Shown here: positions 48,042 through 57,857 of the stretch, piece by piece
How the letters are laid out: each line of letters starts with the position of its first letter
How positions within the stretch are numbered: position 1 is the stretch's first letter
DNA from: Dehalococcoidia bacterium
GTDB lineage: Bacteria > Chloroflexota > Dehalococcoidia > Bin125
NCBI GenBank assembly: GCA_022825265.1
Contig: JAJDXE010000004.1
Coordinates: 42,343-106,342, forward strand
DNA: 64,000 nt
Direction of reading: 5' to 3'
The notes under the pieces: model-generated
What the model was told of the DNA's origin: nothing
Seen by the model: only the letters and a program-made list of their open reading frames with translations
The model's database searches: none
Program-made: the position numbers and the translations under genes

Positions 48042-49199
48042 ATGACCACCGCGACCAACAGCAAAGACCCCGTCGTCGTCATCATCCAGTTGACCGGCGG
48101 CAACGACTACATGAACAGCGTGGTGCCCTACGCGGACGGGTACTACAACGACGCCCGTAACGGCGAGCTCTGCATCGGCGAGGACCAGGTCCTCAAGATC
48201 GACGACCACTTCGGCTTGCACCCGACGATGGCGCCGCTGAAGGAGCTCTACGACCAGGGCGAGATGGCCCTGATCCACGGCGTCGGTTACCCCAACTCGC
48301 CGCGATCGCACTTCCGCTCAATGGACATCTGGCACACCTGTGAGCCCAACAAGGTCGGAACCGAGGGCTGGGTCGGCCGCGCGATCCGCGACCTCGATCC
48401 GACCGGCGAGAACCCCGTCACGGGTGTGCATATCGGACAGGGGTTGCCGCGCGCGCTGGTCGTGCCGGGTGTGACCGTGGCGTCCGTCGCCGACCTGTCG
48501 ACCTACGGTCTGCTGACCGGCATCGAGCAGCAGCGGCAGCGCGAGAAGATGCTCGAGCGGTTTGTCAACATGTACGGCCGCGCGATCGGCACTGGCTACG
48601 TCCAGGAGTACCTGGGCCGCACGGGACTCGACGCGCTCAAGGGCGCCGACATCCTCAAGGAGGGCCTGGGCCGCTACGAGACATCGGTCGAGTGGGGCAC
48701 CGAGCAGATCTCTCGCAGTCTCAAGGACATGGCCACGATTCACTGCGCCGACCTCGGCACGCGCGTCTTCTACACGCAGTTGATCGGGTTCGACACACAC
48801 GCCAACCAGAAGCCGGTCTTCGAGAAGTTGTGGACCGACCTCTCACGGGCGATCTCGGACTTCTGGGACGACGTCAAGGCCCACGACCGCGCCGACAACG
48901 TGATCATGTTCCTGTTCACCGAATTCGGCCGCCGGGTGCGGGACAACGGCTCCGGCTCCGACCACGGCGCCGGCGGCGGTTGCTTCGTGATCGGCCCGCA
49001 TGCCGTTGGCGGCATGCACGGCGAGTTCCCCAGCATCAACCCCAGGGACCTTGAGCAGGGCGACCTGGTTCCCAACCACGACTTCCGCGGGGTCTACTCG
49101 ACGCTGCTCGAGGACTGGATGGGCCTCGACGCCAAGCCAATCGTTGACGGCGAGTTCGAGAAGCTCAGCTTCATCGAGCCAGTCATGGCGACTGCCTGA
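48042..49199 (+). CDS. DUF1501-domain protein (sulfatase/alkaline-phosphatase-like fold).
   Basis: The N-terminus VVVIIQLTGGNDYMN and GSGSDHGAGG are typical of DUF1501. It lacks the usual Tat signal. Confidence 0.7.
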   Translation: MTTATNSKDPVVVIIQLTGGNDYMNSVVPYADGYYNDARNGELCIGEDQVLKIDDHFGLHPTMAPLKELYDQGEMALIHGVGYPNSPRSHFRSMDIWHTCEPNKVGTEGWVGRAIRDLDPTGENPVTGVHIGQGLPRALVVPGVTVASVADLSTYGLLTGIEQQRQREKMLERFVNMYGRAIGTGYVQEYLGRTGLDALKGADILKEGLGRYETSVEWGTEQISRSLKDMATIHCADLGTRVFYTQLIGFDTHANQKPVFEKLWTDLSRAISDFWDDVKAHDRADNVIMFLFTEFGRRVRDNGSGSDHGAGGGCFVIGPHAVGGMHGEFPSINPRDLEQGDLVPNHDFRGVYSTLLEDWMGLDAKPIVDGEFEKLSFIEPVMATA

Positions 49200-49210
49200 G
49201 CATTTCCCAG

Positions 49211-49342
49211 GAGCTCCCCCTCTGGGGGAGCCTGCCCCACACTCGATGCGGGGCTGTCGCGGAGCAACTGAGGGGGCTCTCCGCGTCAATTGTCAGGTCG
49301 GCCCCCTCCGTCACTTCGTGACACCTCCCCCAGAGGGGGAGG
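49211..49342. repeat. Compound REP-like element: two perfect hairpins (gctccccc-tct-gggggagc and acctccccc-aga-gggggaggt) flanking a GC-rich core.
   Basis: Direct read. Homologous to the copies at 44349, 56759 and 63803. Confidence 0.55.
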
Positions 49343-49358
49343 TCTTTGAGGAGCAGCC

Positions 49359-50381
49359 ATGCTGACCACGACCGTTGCCGGGCGCACCTGGCATTTCGAC
49401 CACTCGATCGGGCATTTCGTCGGCCCGCAGGGCTATACCTACCCGACTCCGATTGCGATGACGCCTGCCGGCACGATGTACGTCGCCGACATCGGCCTGG
49501 CCGAGTACTCAGGCGCGGGCGGCCTCGGCTCGAAGATCTACAAGCATCGGATCGAGGACGAGTTCCTCGGCGAGATGGGCGCGGGCGACCTCAAGTGGCC
49601 CGAGGGCCTCGCGCTCGCCGCCGACGGATCGGTCTGGTGCGCCGACGCCTTCCACCACCGCATTTTCGGCTACGACGCCGAAGGCTCGCCGATCGGCGAC
49701 TGGGGCGACTTCGGCGACGGCGACGGTCAATTCAATCGGCCCTCCGGGATCGCCTTCGACGCTGACGACAACCTACACGTCGTCGACAGCCACAATCACC
49801 GGGTGCAAACGTTCACCAAGGGCGGCGAGTTTCTCGGTTCCTGGGGCACGCACGGCTCCGACGAGGGACAGCTCAACCAGCCGTGGGGAATCTCATTCGA
49901 CAACGAGGGCGCGCTGTATCTCGCCGACTGGGGCAACGATCGCGTGCAGAAGTTTGCTCCCGACGGCGAGTTCCTGGGACGCTTTGGCTCGCGTTACGAG
50001 GACATCGGCGTCGACGACGGCGGCAGCCTCAAGCGTCCGGCCGATGTCGCGGTCGACAGCGTCGGCGACGTCTACGTCTGCGACTGGGGCAACCGCCGGG
50101 TCCAGATCTACTACCCGGACGGCGACATCATCTGCAGCCTCCAGGGCGACGCGCATGAGTTCTCCAGTGCAGCGGCGAAAGTCATGGAAGTCAATATGGA
50201 GTACGCCCAGGCCTTCCGCCGTGTCAATCCGGTCGAGTTGATCAAGTTCGGCATCTTCGACCGTCCGCGCGGCATCGCCATCGACGGCCAGGACCGGATC
50301 GCGATCAGTGACGGGGGCCGCGGCCGGGTGCAGGTCTACCACAAGGATCACGACTACCTGGTCCCGCAGTTCAATGCCTAG
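49359..50381 (+). CDS. NHL-repeat (six-bladed beta-propeller) protein.
   Basis: Repeated ...NRPSGIAFDADDNLHVVDSHNHRVQTF... and ...NQPWGISFDNEGALYLADWGNDRVQKF... blades. GAGGAG RBS at 49347. Confidence 0.7.
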   Translation: MLTTTVAGRTWHFDHSIGHFVGPQGYTYPTPIAMTPAGTMYVADIGLAEYSGAGGLGSKIYKHRIEDEFLGEMGAGDLKWPEGLALAADGSVWCADAFHHRIFGYDAEGSPIGDWGDFGDGDGQFNRPSGIAFDADDNLHVVDSHNHRVQTFTKGGEFLGSWGTHGSDEGQLNQPWGISFDNEGALYLADWGNDRVQKFAPDGEFLGRFGSRYEDIGVDDGGSLKRPADVAVDSVGDVYVCDWGNRRVQIYYPDGDIICSLQGDAHEFSSAAAKVMEVNMEYAQAFRRVNPVELIKFGIFDRPRGIAIDGQDRIAISDGGRGRVQVYHKDHDYLVPQFNA

Positions 50382-50395
50382 TTGTTGATCGGGCG

Positions 50396-51382
50396 GTGCT
50401 GCGACTGGGACTCCTCGGAGCCGCGGCGATTGCGCCGCGCGCGATCATCAAGCCGGTCCAGGTATTCGACGACGTCGAGATCGTCAGCATGGCCGCGCGC
50501 CATCGTGAGCGCGCCGAAGTCTTCGCCGCCCGCGCCGGTATAGCCACGGTCCACGACAGCTACGAAGAAGTTGTCAGCGATCCGAACGTCGACGCGGTCT
50601 ACAATCCGCTGGCGATCAGCGGGCACCACGAGTGGACGATCAAGGCGCTCAACGCAGGCAAGCACGTGCTTTGCGAGAAGCCGTTGGCGATGAACGAGGC
50701 CGAAGCGCGGGAGATGGCCGACTGCGCTCGTGAGAACGGACTGGTTTGCGCCGAGGCGTTTCATTACTACTACCATCCGGTCTCCCGGCGAATGCGCGAA
50801 AATGTTCGAAGCGGCATCCTCGGAGAGATTCGATTCGCCGACGCCCACTTCCAGAACCTGGTCGAAGAAACTCCCGAGCAGATCCGCTACCGGATCGAGC
50901 TGGGCGGCGGCTCGACCATGGATCTGGGCTGCTACCCGCTGCACTTCCTTCGTCACACCTTCGGCGCGGAGCCCAAAGTCGTTTCGGCCAGGGCCGGCAT
51001 CGTCCATGAGCACATCGACATCGAGATGGAAGCCGAATTGCTCTTCCCCGGCGGGATCCCGGCTCGCACCTGGTCGCGGATGAACACCACCGCCGGCTGG
51101 TCATCGGTCGTCAATGTCTTCGGTGACCGTGGCCGCCTCAAGGTGGTCAATCCGCTCGTGCCTCACCGTGAACCGCATGTGATCGAAATTGTCACATCGT
51201 GGGGTACGCGCCGGGAGACCCTGACCAAGCGCCCAACCTTCGAATTCCAGCTCCAGGCCTTCATCGACGCCATCGAAGGCGTCAGGCCGATGCCGACCGA
51301 CGCCGAGGACGGCGTCGTCAGCATGCGCGTGATCGACAATGTCTATCGGGCAGCGGGTATGATTCCGCGCGGCCAGATTTAG
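50396..51382 (+). CDS. Gfo/Idh/MocA-family NAD(P)-dependent oxidoreductase.
   Basis: Rossmann N-terminus LRLGLLGAAAIAPRAI and the EKPLA motif. Confidence 0.8.
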   Translation: MLRLGLLGAAAIAPRAIIKPVQVFDDVEIVSMAARHRERAEVFAARAGIATVHDSYEEVVSDPNVDAVYNPLAISGHHEWTIKALNAGKHVLCEKPLAMNEAEAREMADCARENGLVCAEAFHYYYHPVSRRMRENVRSGILGEIRFADAHFQNLVEETPEQIRYRIELGGGSTMDLGCYPLHFLRHTFGAEPKVVSARAGIVHEHIDIEMEAELLFPGGIPARTWSRMNTTAGWSSVVNVFGDRGRLKVVNPLVPHREPHVIEIVTSWGTRRETLTKRPTFEFQLQAFIDAIEGVRPMPTDAEDGVVSMRVIDNVYRAAGMIPRGQI

Positions 51383-51418
51383 ACTTCATCTGACTTGAGC
51401 ATCTGACTTGAACGTGAC

Positions 51419-52234
51419 ATGACCGACCGCATCCGCGCCATCGACTCACTGATCAACTCCGCCTTCCTCGATCCCTCAGGCGACACCGCCCTCAGCTACT
51501 TGTTCAAGGACATCGAGGGCCGAGGCGCGATCGAAACGCCCGAGCAGCTGCTCGAAGTCCTCGATCAGTCCGACATCGGGGCCGGCGTCGTCTCGATCAT
51601 GCAGCCGGAGCACGCCGAGTGGGTCGGCAACGCCCACCAGCAGTTCCCGGACAAGATCCTGCCCGCGATGATCGTCAATCCGCTCAACGGCTACGACGAA
51701 ATCCGCAAGGTCGTCGACTACTACGAGCGCTACGGAGTCCGCTGCCTGCGCATCCCGCCCTTCCGCTACGAGCTCCCGCCAACCGACCGTGTCTACTGGC
51801 CCTTCTACGTCAAGGCGCTCGAGCTCGGCATCGCCGTCTCAATGAACGCCGGCATGCCCGGTCCCAGACGCCCCGGCTGGGTCCAGAACCCAGTCCACTA
51901 CGACGAGGTCGCCTACCACTTCCCCGAACTCCGCCTGATCATGACCCACTGCGGACAGCCCTGGATCGAGGAAGCGATCTCAACCATCGCCCATTGGGAC
52001 CACGTCTACATGTCCTGCACCTCGGTCGCGCCCAAGTACTGGCCGCCAAACTTCGTCCAATTCATCAACACCCGCGGCCGCAAGAAGATGATGTTCGGCA
52101 CCGAGTACCCGACCATCCCCTGGCCCAGAGCCCGAGACGAAATCGACGCCCTCCAGCTTCGTGAAACAGTCGTCAACGACTTCTTCGTCCAAAACGCCCG
52201 CGAAGCCTACCGCTGGAACGCCGATCCGGACTGA
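51419..52234 (+). CDS. Amidohydrolase-2 family metal-dependent hydrolase (TIM barrel).
   Basis: 271 aa. ...MTHCGQPW... and ...MFGTEYP... are typical of the ACMSD/LigI-like superfamily. Confidence 0.6.
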   Translation: MTDRIRAIDSLINSAFLDPSGDTALSYLFKDIEGRGAIETPEQLLEVLDQSDIGAGVVSIMQPEHAEWVGNAHQQFPDKILPAMIVNPLNGYDEIRKVVDYYERYGVRCLRIPPFRYELPPTDRVYWPFYVKALELGIAVSMNAGMPGPRRPGWVQNPVHYDEVAYHFPELRLIMTHCGQPWIEEAISTIAHWDHVYMSCTSVAPKYWPPNFVQFINTRGRKKMMFGTEYPTIPWPRARDEIDALQLRETVVNDFFVQNAREAYRWNADPD

Positions 52235-52242
52235 ACCAGCCG

Positions 52243-52914
52243 CTAATCCGGCCAGTGAGCATGCATCGCCTGCACCCACGTATGCCGAGTCAGCGAATGC
52301 CGCTCACGAACACTCTCCTGGAACAGCTTCAGCAGATCCTCCGAGACCCCCGAACCGGGCGCCTGCGGAGTCCGAGTCTCATGCCAGTGCCCGACCGAGT
52401 CGTAGCCGGCCAGGTTCGTGACCTCCATGTCGTCGCTCAGCACGGCGTCATGGAAGTTGCCCAACACCCGATGCCCCATCGCGTCCATCGCCGGCCAGAC
52501 CCCGAACTCGGTCAGCTCTGAGAAGCGCTCCCATGTCGACGGATCAATCGTCCAGCGGCGCAATCCGTACACCGCCCGACGGTCCGAATCGGGAGTCTCC
52601 GCCAGCGGCCTGCCCGAATACGGAATCTTCGGCCGCGCCGTCTCATTCACGATCAGTTCACGCCGAGCGTTGCGGTAGGAGTCATCGCCAAGCCCGACCA
52701 GGATCTCCTGACCCCGCCGCCAGTCATCCCAACTCGGAGACCCAATGAAGGTGTGTACCTCCTCGGGAGTCCCGCCGATCGCCGGGTTGAGCAGACACAG
52801 AGGCCGGAACCCCGCCTCGACCAGTCGGGGCCACGACTCCTGCACGAACAAGTCCCGGTACTCGGGGAACCGCTTCGGCTCGACCATCGTCACGCGGTGT
52901 TCGTAGAGGTCCAT
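52243..52914 (-). CDS. Hypothetical protein, possibly tandem NIPSNAP-like (dimeric alpha+beta barrel) domains.
   Basis: Two ~100 aa halves with a similar pattern (…FPEYRDLFVQESWPRLVEAGF… and …WERFSELTEFGVWPAMDAMG…). Confidence 0.35.
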   Translation of the reverse strand: MDLYEHRVTMVEPKRFPEYRDLFVQESWPRLVEAGFRPLCLLNPAIGGTPEEVHTFIGSPSWDDWRRGQEILVGLGDDSYRNARRELIVNETARPKIPYSGRPLAETPDSDRRAVYGLRRWTIDPSTWERFSELTEFGVWPAMDAMGHRVLGNFHDAVLSDDMEVTNLAGYDSVGHWHETRTPQAPGSGVSEDLLKLFQESVRERHSLTRHTWVQAMHAHWPD

Positions 52915-52982
52915 GACCCACCCTCCTCGGCTCGGCTGACACCCGTCACGCCGCAGGGTAGCCTCAGAATCGGAGGCGAGGC

Positions 52983-54674
52983 ATGGCCGAATCCTGCGAC
53001 ATCGTCGTCATCGGTGGCGGACCGGGCGGTTCGGCCTGCGCCACGTTGCTCGCCGATCAGGGCTACCGCGTCACGCTGCTGGAGCGCGCCAAATTCCCCC
53101 GCGAACACGTCGGAGAGTCCCTCCTACCGGCCAGCATTCCGGTACTCGAGCAGATCGGAGTCATGCCCGCGATCGAGGCCGCCGGATTCGTCGTCAAGCG
53201 CGGCGCCACACTCGTCTGGGGCAAGGATCCCGACCCCTGGAGTTGGTACTTCGCCGACGACCCCGGCCAGCGCCCCACCTCCTTCCAGGTCGTCCGCTCC
53301 GAGTTCGATCACATCCTGCTCAAGAATGCGGCCGAACACGGCGTCGACGTACGCGAAGAGCACCAGGTCCTCGATATCCATTTCGATGGAGCGCGAGTCG
53401 CGGGCGTCAGCTACCTGCACGGTGGACAAGCGGGCGAAATCAACTGCCGGTTCCTCGTCGACGCCAGCGGTCAGGCCGCGCTGCTCAGTCGCAAGCTGAA
53501 TCTGCACCAGTGGGACGACTACTTCAAGAATCTCGCCGTCTACGGCTACTACCAGGACGCCAAACACCTCGATCCGCCCAACAACGGCAACATCTTCATC
53601 GAGTCCTACGAACACGGCTGGCTCTGGAAGATTCCGCTGCACACCGGAGTCACCAGCGTCGGCGCCGTCGTCGATAAGGAGATCGGCCAGCAGGGCCTGC
53701 GCGAACTGGGTGCCAGGGGATTCCTCGAAGCACAGATCGCCGAGGCGCCGAATACCAGGGAACTCCTGGCCGGGGCGACGATGGTCGACGAGCCGGACGT
53801 CGAACGCGACTGGTCCTACACCTCGAAGCAATTCGCCGGCGATGGCTACGTGCTCGTCGGCGATGCCGCCTGCTTCGTCGATCCGCTCTTCTCCTCCGGC
53901 GTCCACCTCGCGCTGGGCAGCGCAACGCTCGCGGCCAACTACGTCAAGTCGGCGCTCGAACAGCCCAAGGCCCGAGATCAGGCGGCGCAGCTCTACGAGT
54001 CGCTCTATCGCAAGCAGTACGACTACTTCCACCTGACCGCCCAGCTCTTCTACGGGACCAACCGCAGCGCCGATTCCTACTTCTGGGAGGCCCGCCGCAT
54101 CCTCGGCGACGACGACACCACACCCCGAGAAGCCTTCGTGCGAGTCGTCAGCGGGCAACCGCCGCAGGGCTACGAGCGTGCCGTCATCGAGCATGGCGAG
54201 CTACCAGCCGAGATCGAATCCGAGGTCCGTCGCCGCGACGAGCGAGCCGAACGTCGCCGTCGAGAGACCGAGGCCCTGACGGCTGAATCCGGAGCGTTGC
54301 TCCGCGCCGTCCCGACGTTGCCGGCCCACGTCAAGCTCGAACAGCGCCGAGCACTCGCCGGCGCCAACTTCCAGCAGGCGTTTCAGCTCGTGGTCGAGAC
54401 AAGCCAGGGCCGTTCGGAGCCATTTCCAGTGACGGCAGTCATGGCTGCCTGCATCGGGCAGATGAACGGGCGGACATCGCTCGGCGACATCGTGGCGACC
54501 GTCAATCGACAGCACAATCTCCGCGGTGAACAAGGCCTGCGCACGATCATCGAGCGCGATCTCCCACCCCTGATCGAAGCCGGCCTGGTCGACGTGACCA
54601 CCCGCAACGCCGGACGCAACGATCCCTGTCCCTGCGGCTCGGGCAAGAAGTACAAGCGCTGCCACGGTCGCTGA
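52983..54674 (+). CDS. Flavin-dependent halogenase-like FAD oxidoreductase (PltA/Bmp2-type) with a C-terminal SEC-C metal-binding motif.
   Basis: Contains GxGxxG (VVIGGGPGGS), GESLLP...VVKRGATLVWG, WxWxIP (GWLWKIPL) and FxDPxxSxG (FVDPLFSSG). The C-terminal 14 aa are CPCGSGKKYKRCHG. Confidence 0.65.
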   Translation: MAESCDIVVIGGGPGGSACATLLADQGYRVTLLERAKFPREHVGESLLPASIPVLEQIGVMPAIEAAGFVVKRGATLVWGKDPDPWSWYFADDPGQRPTSFQVVRSEFDHILLKNAAEHGVDVREEHQVLDIHFDGARVAGVSYLHGGQAGEINCRFLVDASGQAALLSRKLNLHQWDDYFKNLAVYGYYQDAKHLDPPNNGNIFIESYEHGWLWKIPLHTGVTSVGAVVDKEIGQQGLRELGARGFLEAQIAEAPNTRELLAGATMVDEPDVERDWSYTSKQFAGDGYVLVGDAACFVDPLFSSGVHLALGSATLAANYVKSALEQPKARDQAAQLYESLYRKQYDYFHLTAQLFYGTNRSADSYFWEARRILGDDDTTPREAFVRVVSGQPPQGYERAVIEHGELPAEIESEVRRRDERAERRRRETEALTAESGALLRAVPTLPAHVKLEQRRALAGANFQQAFQLVVETSQGRSEPFPVTAVMAACIGQMNGRTSLGDIVATVNRQHNLRGEQGLRTIIERDLPPLIEAGLVDVTTRNAGRNDPCPCGSGKKYKRCHGR

Positions 54675-54751
54675 GCAAGTCGCTCCGCCCAAGGACCAGC
54701 GATAGATCATTCCGATTCCGCTCATTGTGAGCGCAAATGAAAAACTTCAGA

Positions 54752-54779
54752 TTGACGTAGCTTCTACCCTTCGATAATT
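54752..54779 (+). promoter_or_regulatory. Candidate sigma-70-like promoter (TTGACG -35, GATAAT -10) in the AT-richer gap upstream of the second SBP gene.
   Basis: ttgacg at 54752-54757 and gataat at 54773-54778. The spacer is short (15 nt), so this is weak. Confidence 0.25.
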
Positions 54780-54842
54780 TCGACCCGAAGCGCGAAGCCC
54801 TTCTAGACCCGGGTGACGCGGAGCGAGAACAGAAGGAGACGT

Positions 54843-56738
54843 ATGGAACGCAACTATTGGTCACGGATGAGGCGGCAGCGGATGAGCCGTCGATCCTTGC
54901 TGCGCGCGAGCGCCCGGGCAGGTGTGGGCGCCGCAGGTCTGGCGCTCGTCGGTTGTGGCGACGATGATGACGACGATCAGCAGGCCGCTGCGCAGGTCCA
55001 ACAGCAACAGCAGGCGATGCAGCAGCAGGCCGAACAACAGGCCATGCAGCAGGAGCAGCAGGAAGCTCCCGCTCAGCAACAGCAACAACAGCAGCAGGCG
55101 GCCGTCGCCCAGGCGCAGGACCAGGCGATGGTCGACAGCCAGGGCAACACGATCCAGACCGGCGGCGTCTTCAAGCGCGCAGCCGCATCGCAGCTCACGC
55201 TGATCCGCTTCCCCTGGAACTCGGCCGGCAACAACGGCACCATCGACCCAACCGGCTACATGTACAACTGCCTCACGCAGTACGGCGGCGTCCAGCTCGA
55301 CGAGACAGCCAACCGCTTTTGGGAGTACGCCAACCCCGACTGGGAGATCAAGCCCGATGTCGCCGCCGGTTGGGAAACGCCCGACAACCTGACCTGGATC
55401 TTCGACATCAAGCCCAACGTCGTCTTCCACGACGGTCGCGCCTTCACCGCCGACGACGCGGCGCACAGCTACGAGGCGATCCGCGACCAGGGCGTTTCCG
55501 GCGGCGGTTCACCGGCCTACAACCTGGGCAAGGTGATCGCCGGCACCGAGGCGATCGACGACTCAACGATGCGACTCAGCCTGGGCGAGCCGCGCGGCTT
55601 CACCGGCGCGCTGACCGCCTACGTTCGCATGGGTCACCCCGAAACTGCCGGCTCCGCCACCGCGCCGGCGCTCGACGTGGCGCGCAACGAAGAGGCCGTG
55701 CTGATCGGCACCGGCCCCTGGCGCTTCGACACCGACAGCTACGACCCCAACACCGGTTGGCGTCTGACGCCCTTCCCAGAGAGCCACATGGGCGCGCCCA
55801 ACATGGACGAGATCACCTACACGATCTTCTCCGACGCCGACGCCATCGGTATCGCCCTCGAAGCCGGCGACATCGACTCCCACAACGGCATCCCCTTCAA
55901 CAATCCCGAGACCATCGACCGGCTGATCGCCAGCGACGACCACTGGGGTTGGGCCGGCACCAGCCTCGGCGGACAGATCTTCCGCTTCGCGATCGACGTC
56001 GAGCCGACGACCGACCCGCGCGCCCGGCACGGCGTCTGGCGAATGGTCGACCAGGAGCGCGTCGTGCGCGACTACTTCGGTCCCTACGACGACGCTGGAC
56101 GACTCTTCTTCCAGCGCGGCTCGCAGGGCTACATCGAGGACCAGGACCGGCCCAACTACGACCCGGCCGAGGGCGCTAAGCTGCTCGACGCCGCGGGCGT
56201 CGGCGAAGGCAGCGTGCTGACCGCCAGCACCCTCCCGATTCGCCCCTACGCTCCGGCCCTCGCACAGTTGCTCCAGGCCGAACTCTCGACCCTCGACATC
56301 GAACTCGAGCTCGACCCGACCGAGTACAACGTCATGATCGAGAAGCAGCAGGCCGGCGACTTCGGCAACTTCCTGATCGGTTTCGGCAACTGGATCCGCC
56401 CCGAGTCCGCAGCGCTCGCCATGGTCATGCAGGACGCCCTGCACGGCGAAGGCAACGCCAAGCGCGGCGGCGACGCCAGCAACCCGATCCCGGTCCGCGA
56501 ACGTCCCTACATGGACAACTACTTCCACTGGCTCGACATGATCATCGATGTCCAGACCGGAAACCACGAGGACACCGAGGAATACTGGCGCTCGTTCAAC
56601 GACACCTTCCACGAGGTCATGTTCGCCCAGGCCATCGCGCGACAGCGCGGTGCGGAGTTCTACACCAACAGGGTCCACGTGCCCGACCCGGGCCCCACGA
56701 CCCCGAACCCGCAAACGGTCTGGCTCGAACAGACCTAA
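54843..56738 (+). CDS. ABC transporter substrate-binding lipoprotein, family 5, paralog of 31864..33786, with the same Tat/lipobox and poly-Q linker architecture.
   Basis: Signal MSRRSLLRASARAGVGAAGLALVGCGDDDDDDQQ..., then a Q-rich tract, then the SBP_bac_5 core. The start at 54843 has AAGGAG 4 nt upstream. Confidence 0.8.
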   Translation: MERNYWSRMRRQRMSRRSLLRASARAGVGAAGLALVGCGDDDDDDQQAAAQVQQQQQAMQQQAEQQAMQQEQQEAPAQQQQQQQQAAVAQAQDQAMVDSQGNTIQTGGVFKRAAASQLTLIRFPWNSAGNNGTIDPTGYMYNCLTQYGGVQLDETANRFWEYANPDWEIKPDVAAGWETPDNLTWIFDIKPNVVFHDGRAFTADDAAHSYEAIRDQGVSGGGSPAYNLGKVIAGTEAIDDSTMRLSLGEPRGFTGALTAYVRMGHPETAGSATAPALDVARNEEAVLIGTGPWRFDTDSYDPNTGWRLTPFPESHMGAPNMDEITYTIFSDADAIGIALEAGDIDSHNGIPFNNPETIDRLIASDDHWGWAGTSLGGQIFRFAIDVEPTTDPRARHGVWRMVDQERVVRDYFGPYDDAGRLFFQRGSQGYIEDQDRPNYDPAEGAKLLDAAGVGEGSVLTASTLPIRPYAPALAQLLQAELSTLDIELELDPTEYNVMIEKQQAGDFGNFLIGFGNWIRPESAALAMVMQDALHGEGNAKRGGDASNPIPVRERPYMDNYFHWLDMIIDVQTGNHEDTEEYWRSFNDTFHEVMFAQAIARQRGAEFYTNRVHVPDPGPTTPNPQTVWLEQT

Positions 56739-56758
56739 GCACCGATTCAAGCACTTCG

Positions 56759-56865
56759 CTCTCCCCCCTCTGGGGGGAGATGCCGAATGCCTGCCCCGGG
56801 CTTGGACCCGGGGGCAGAGGGGGGCTCCCCCTCGCCGAGAAGCGTTAGCCCCCTCCGGAGAAGGA
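56759..56865. repeat. Compound REP-like element (tctcccccc-tct-ggggggaga, ctgccccggg...cccgggggcag, gaggggggctccccctc) between the SBP and permease genes.
   Basis: Direct read. Its 3' half is homologous to 63893-63925. Confidence 0.55.
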
Positions 56866-56889
56866 GCGGGCTGATTTCGTAGCGGACCG

Positions 56890-57855
56890 ATGACCTACGT
56901 ACTCCGCCGCCTCGTCACCCAGCTGATCCCCGTCCTCTTTGTCGCCTCGATCCTGATCTTCGCCTCCGTGCGACTGATCCCCGGCGACCCGGTCGCCGGC
57001 GCCATCGGCGACGCGATGGGCAACACTGACCCCGAGGTCTACGAACAGCTCAAGGAAGAACTCGGCCTCAACAAGCCGATGTATGAGCAGTACTGGATCT
57101 GGCTGGGCCGAATCTTCACCGGAGACTTCGGCCAGTCGCTCACCGGACTGCCCGTCACCGAGATCCTCGGCAACGCCATCCCCGCCTCGGTCGAACTGGC
57201 CGGGCTGGCGATCATCATCGGCTTCACGCTCGGTCTCACTCTGGGCGTGCTCGCCGCCGTCAATCGAGGTGGCTTCTTCGACTGGTTCGCCGCCCTCTGG
57301 ACCGGCTGGAACATTGGCGTCCCCTCATTCGTCGCCGGACTGGTCTACCTGATCGTGTTCTCGGTCTGGTTCGACCTCACCCCCGTCTCCGGCCGAGTCC
57401 CCCTGACCGAGGATCCGCTCAAGGCCCTGGAACACCTCGCCCTGCCGTCCTTGGCCCTCGGTGGCATCGTCGCCGCCAACATCAGCCGCTTCACCCGGCA
57501 GTCCCTGCTCGACACCATGACCGAGGACTACATCCGCACCGCCCGCTCGAAGGGACTCACCAACCGGGCCGTCATCGTCCGTCACGCGCTGCGGCCTAGC
57601 CTGATTCCCGTCGTCACCATCATGGGACTCGAACTTGCCTCCATCCTCAGTGGCACGCTGGTCATCGAGACCGTCTTCACCTGGCCGGGACTCGGTCGAG
57701 CCCTGATTAACGCCGTCAACAACCGCGACTACACGGTCATCCAGGCCACGACAATCCTGCTCGTCTTCGTCTTTGTCGTCGTCAACCTGATCGTCGATCT
57801 CGTCTACGTCGGACTCGATCCACGTATCCGCATCGGTCAGGGTTCAGAGGTCTAG
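56890..57855 (+). CDS. ABC transporter permease (DppB-like), paralog of 33866..34801.
   Basis: 321 aa, with TM helices and ...ARSKGLTNRAVIVRHALRPS. Confidence 0.85.
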   Translation: MTYVLRRLVTQLIPVLFVASILIFASVRLIPGDPVAGAIGDAMGNTDPEVYEQLKEELGLNKPMYEQYWIWLGRIFTGDFGQSLTGLPVTEILGNAIPASVELAGLAIIIGFTLGLTLGVLAAVNRGGFFDWFAALWTGWNIGVPSFVAGLVYLIVFSVWFDLTPVSGRVPLTEDPLKALEHLALPSLALGGIVAANISRFTRQSLLDTMTEDYIRTARSKGLTNRAVIVRHALRPSLIPVVTIMGLELASILSGTLVIETVFTWPGLGRALINAVNNRDYTVIQATTILLVFVFVVVNLIVDLVYVGLDPRIRIGQGSEV

Positions 57856-57857
57856 CC

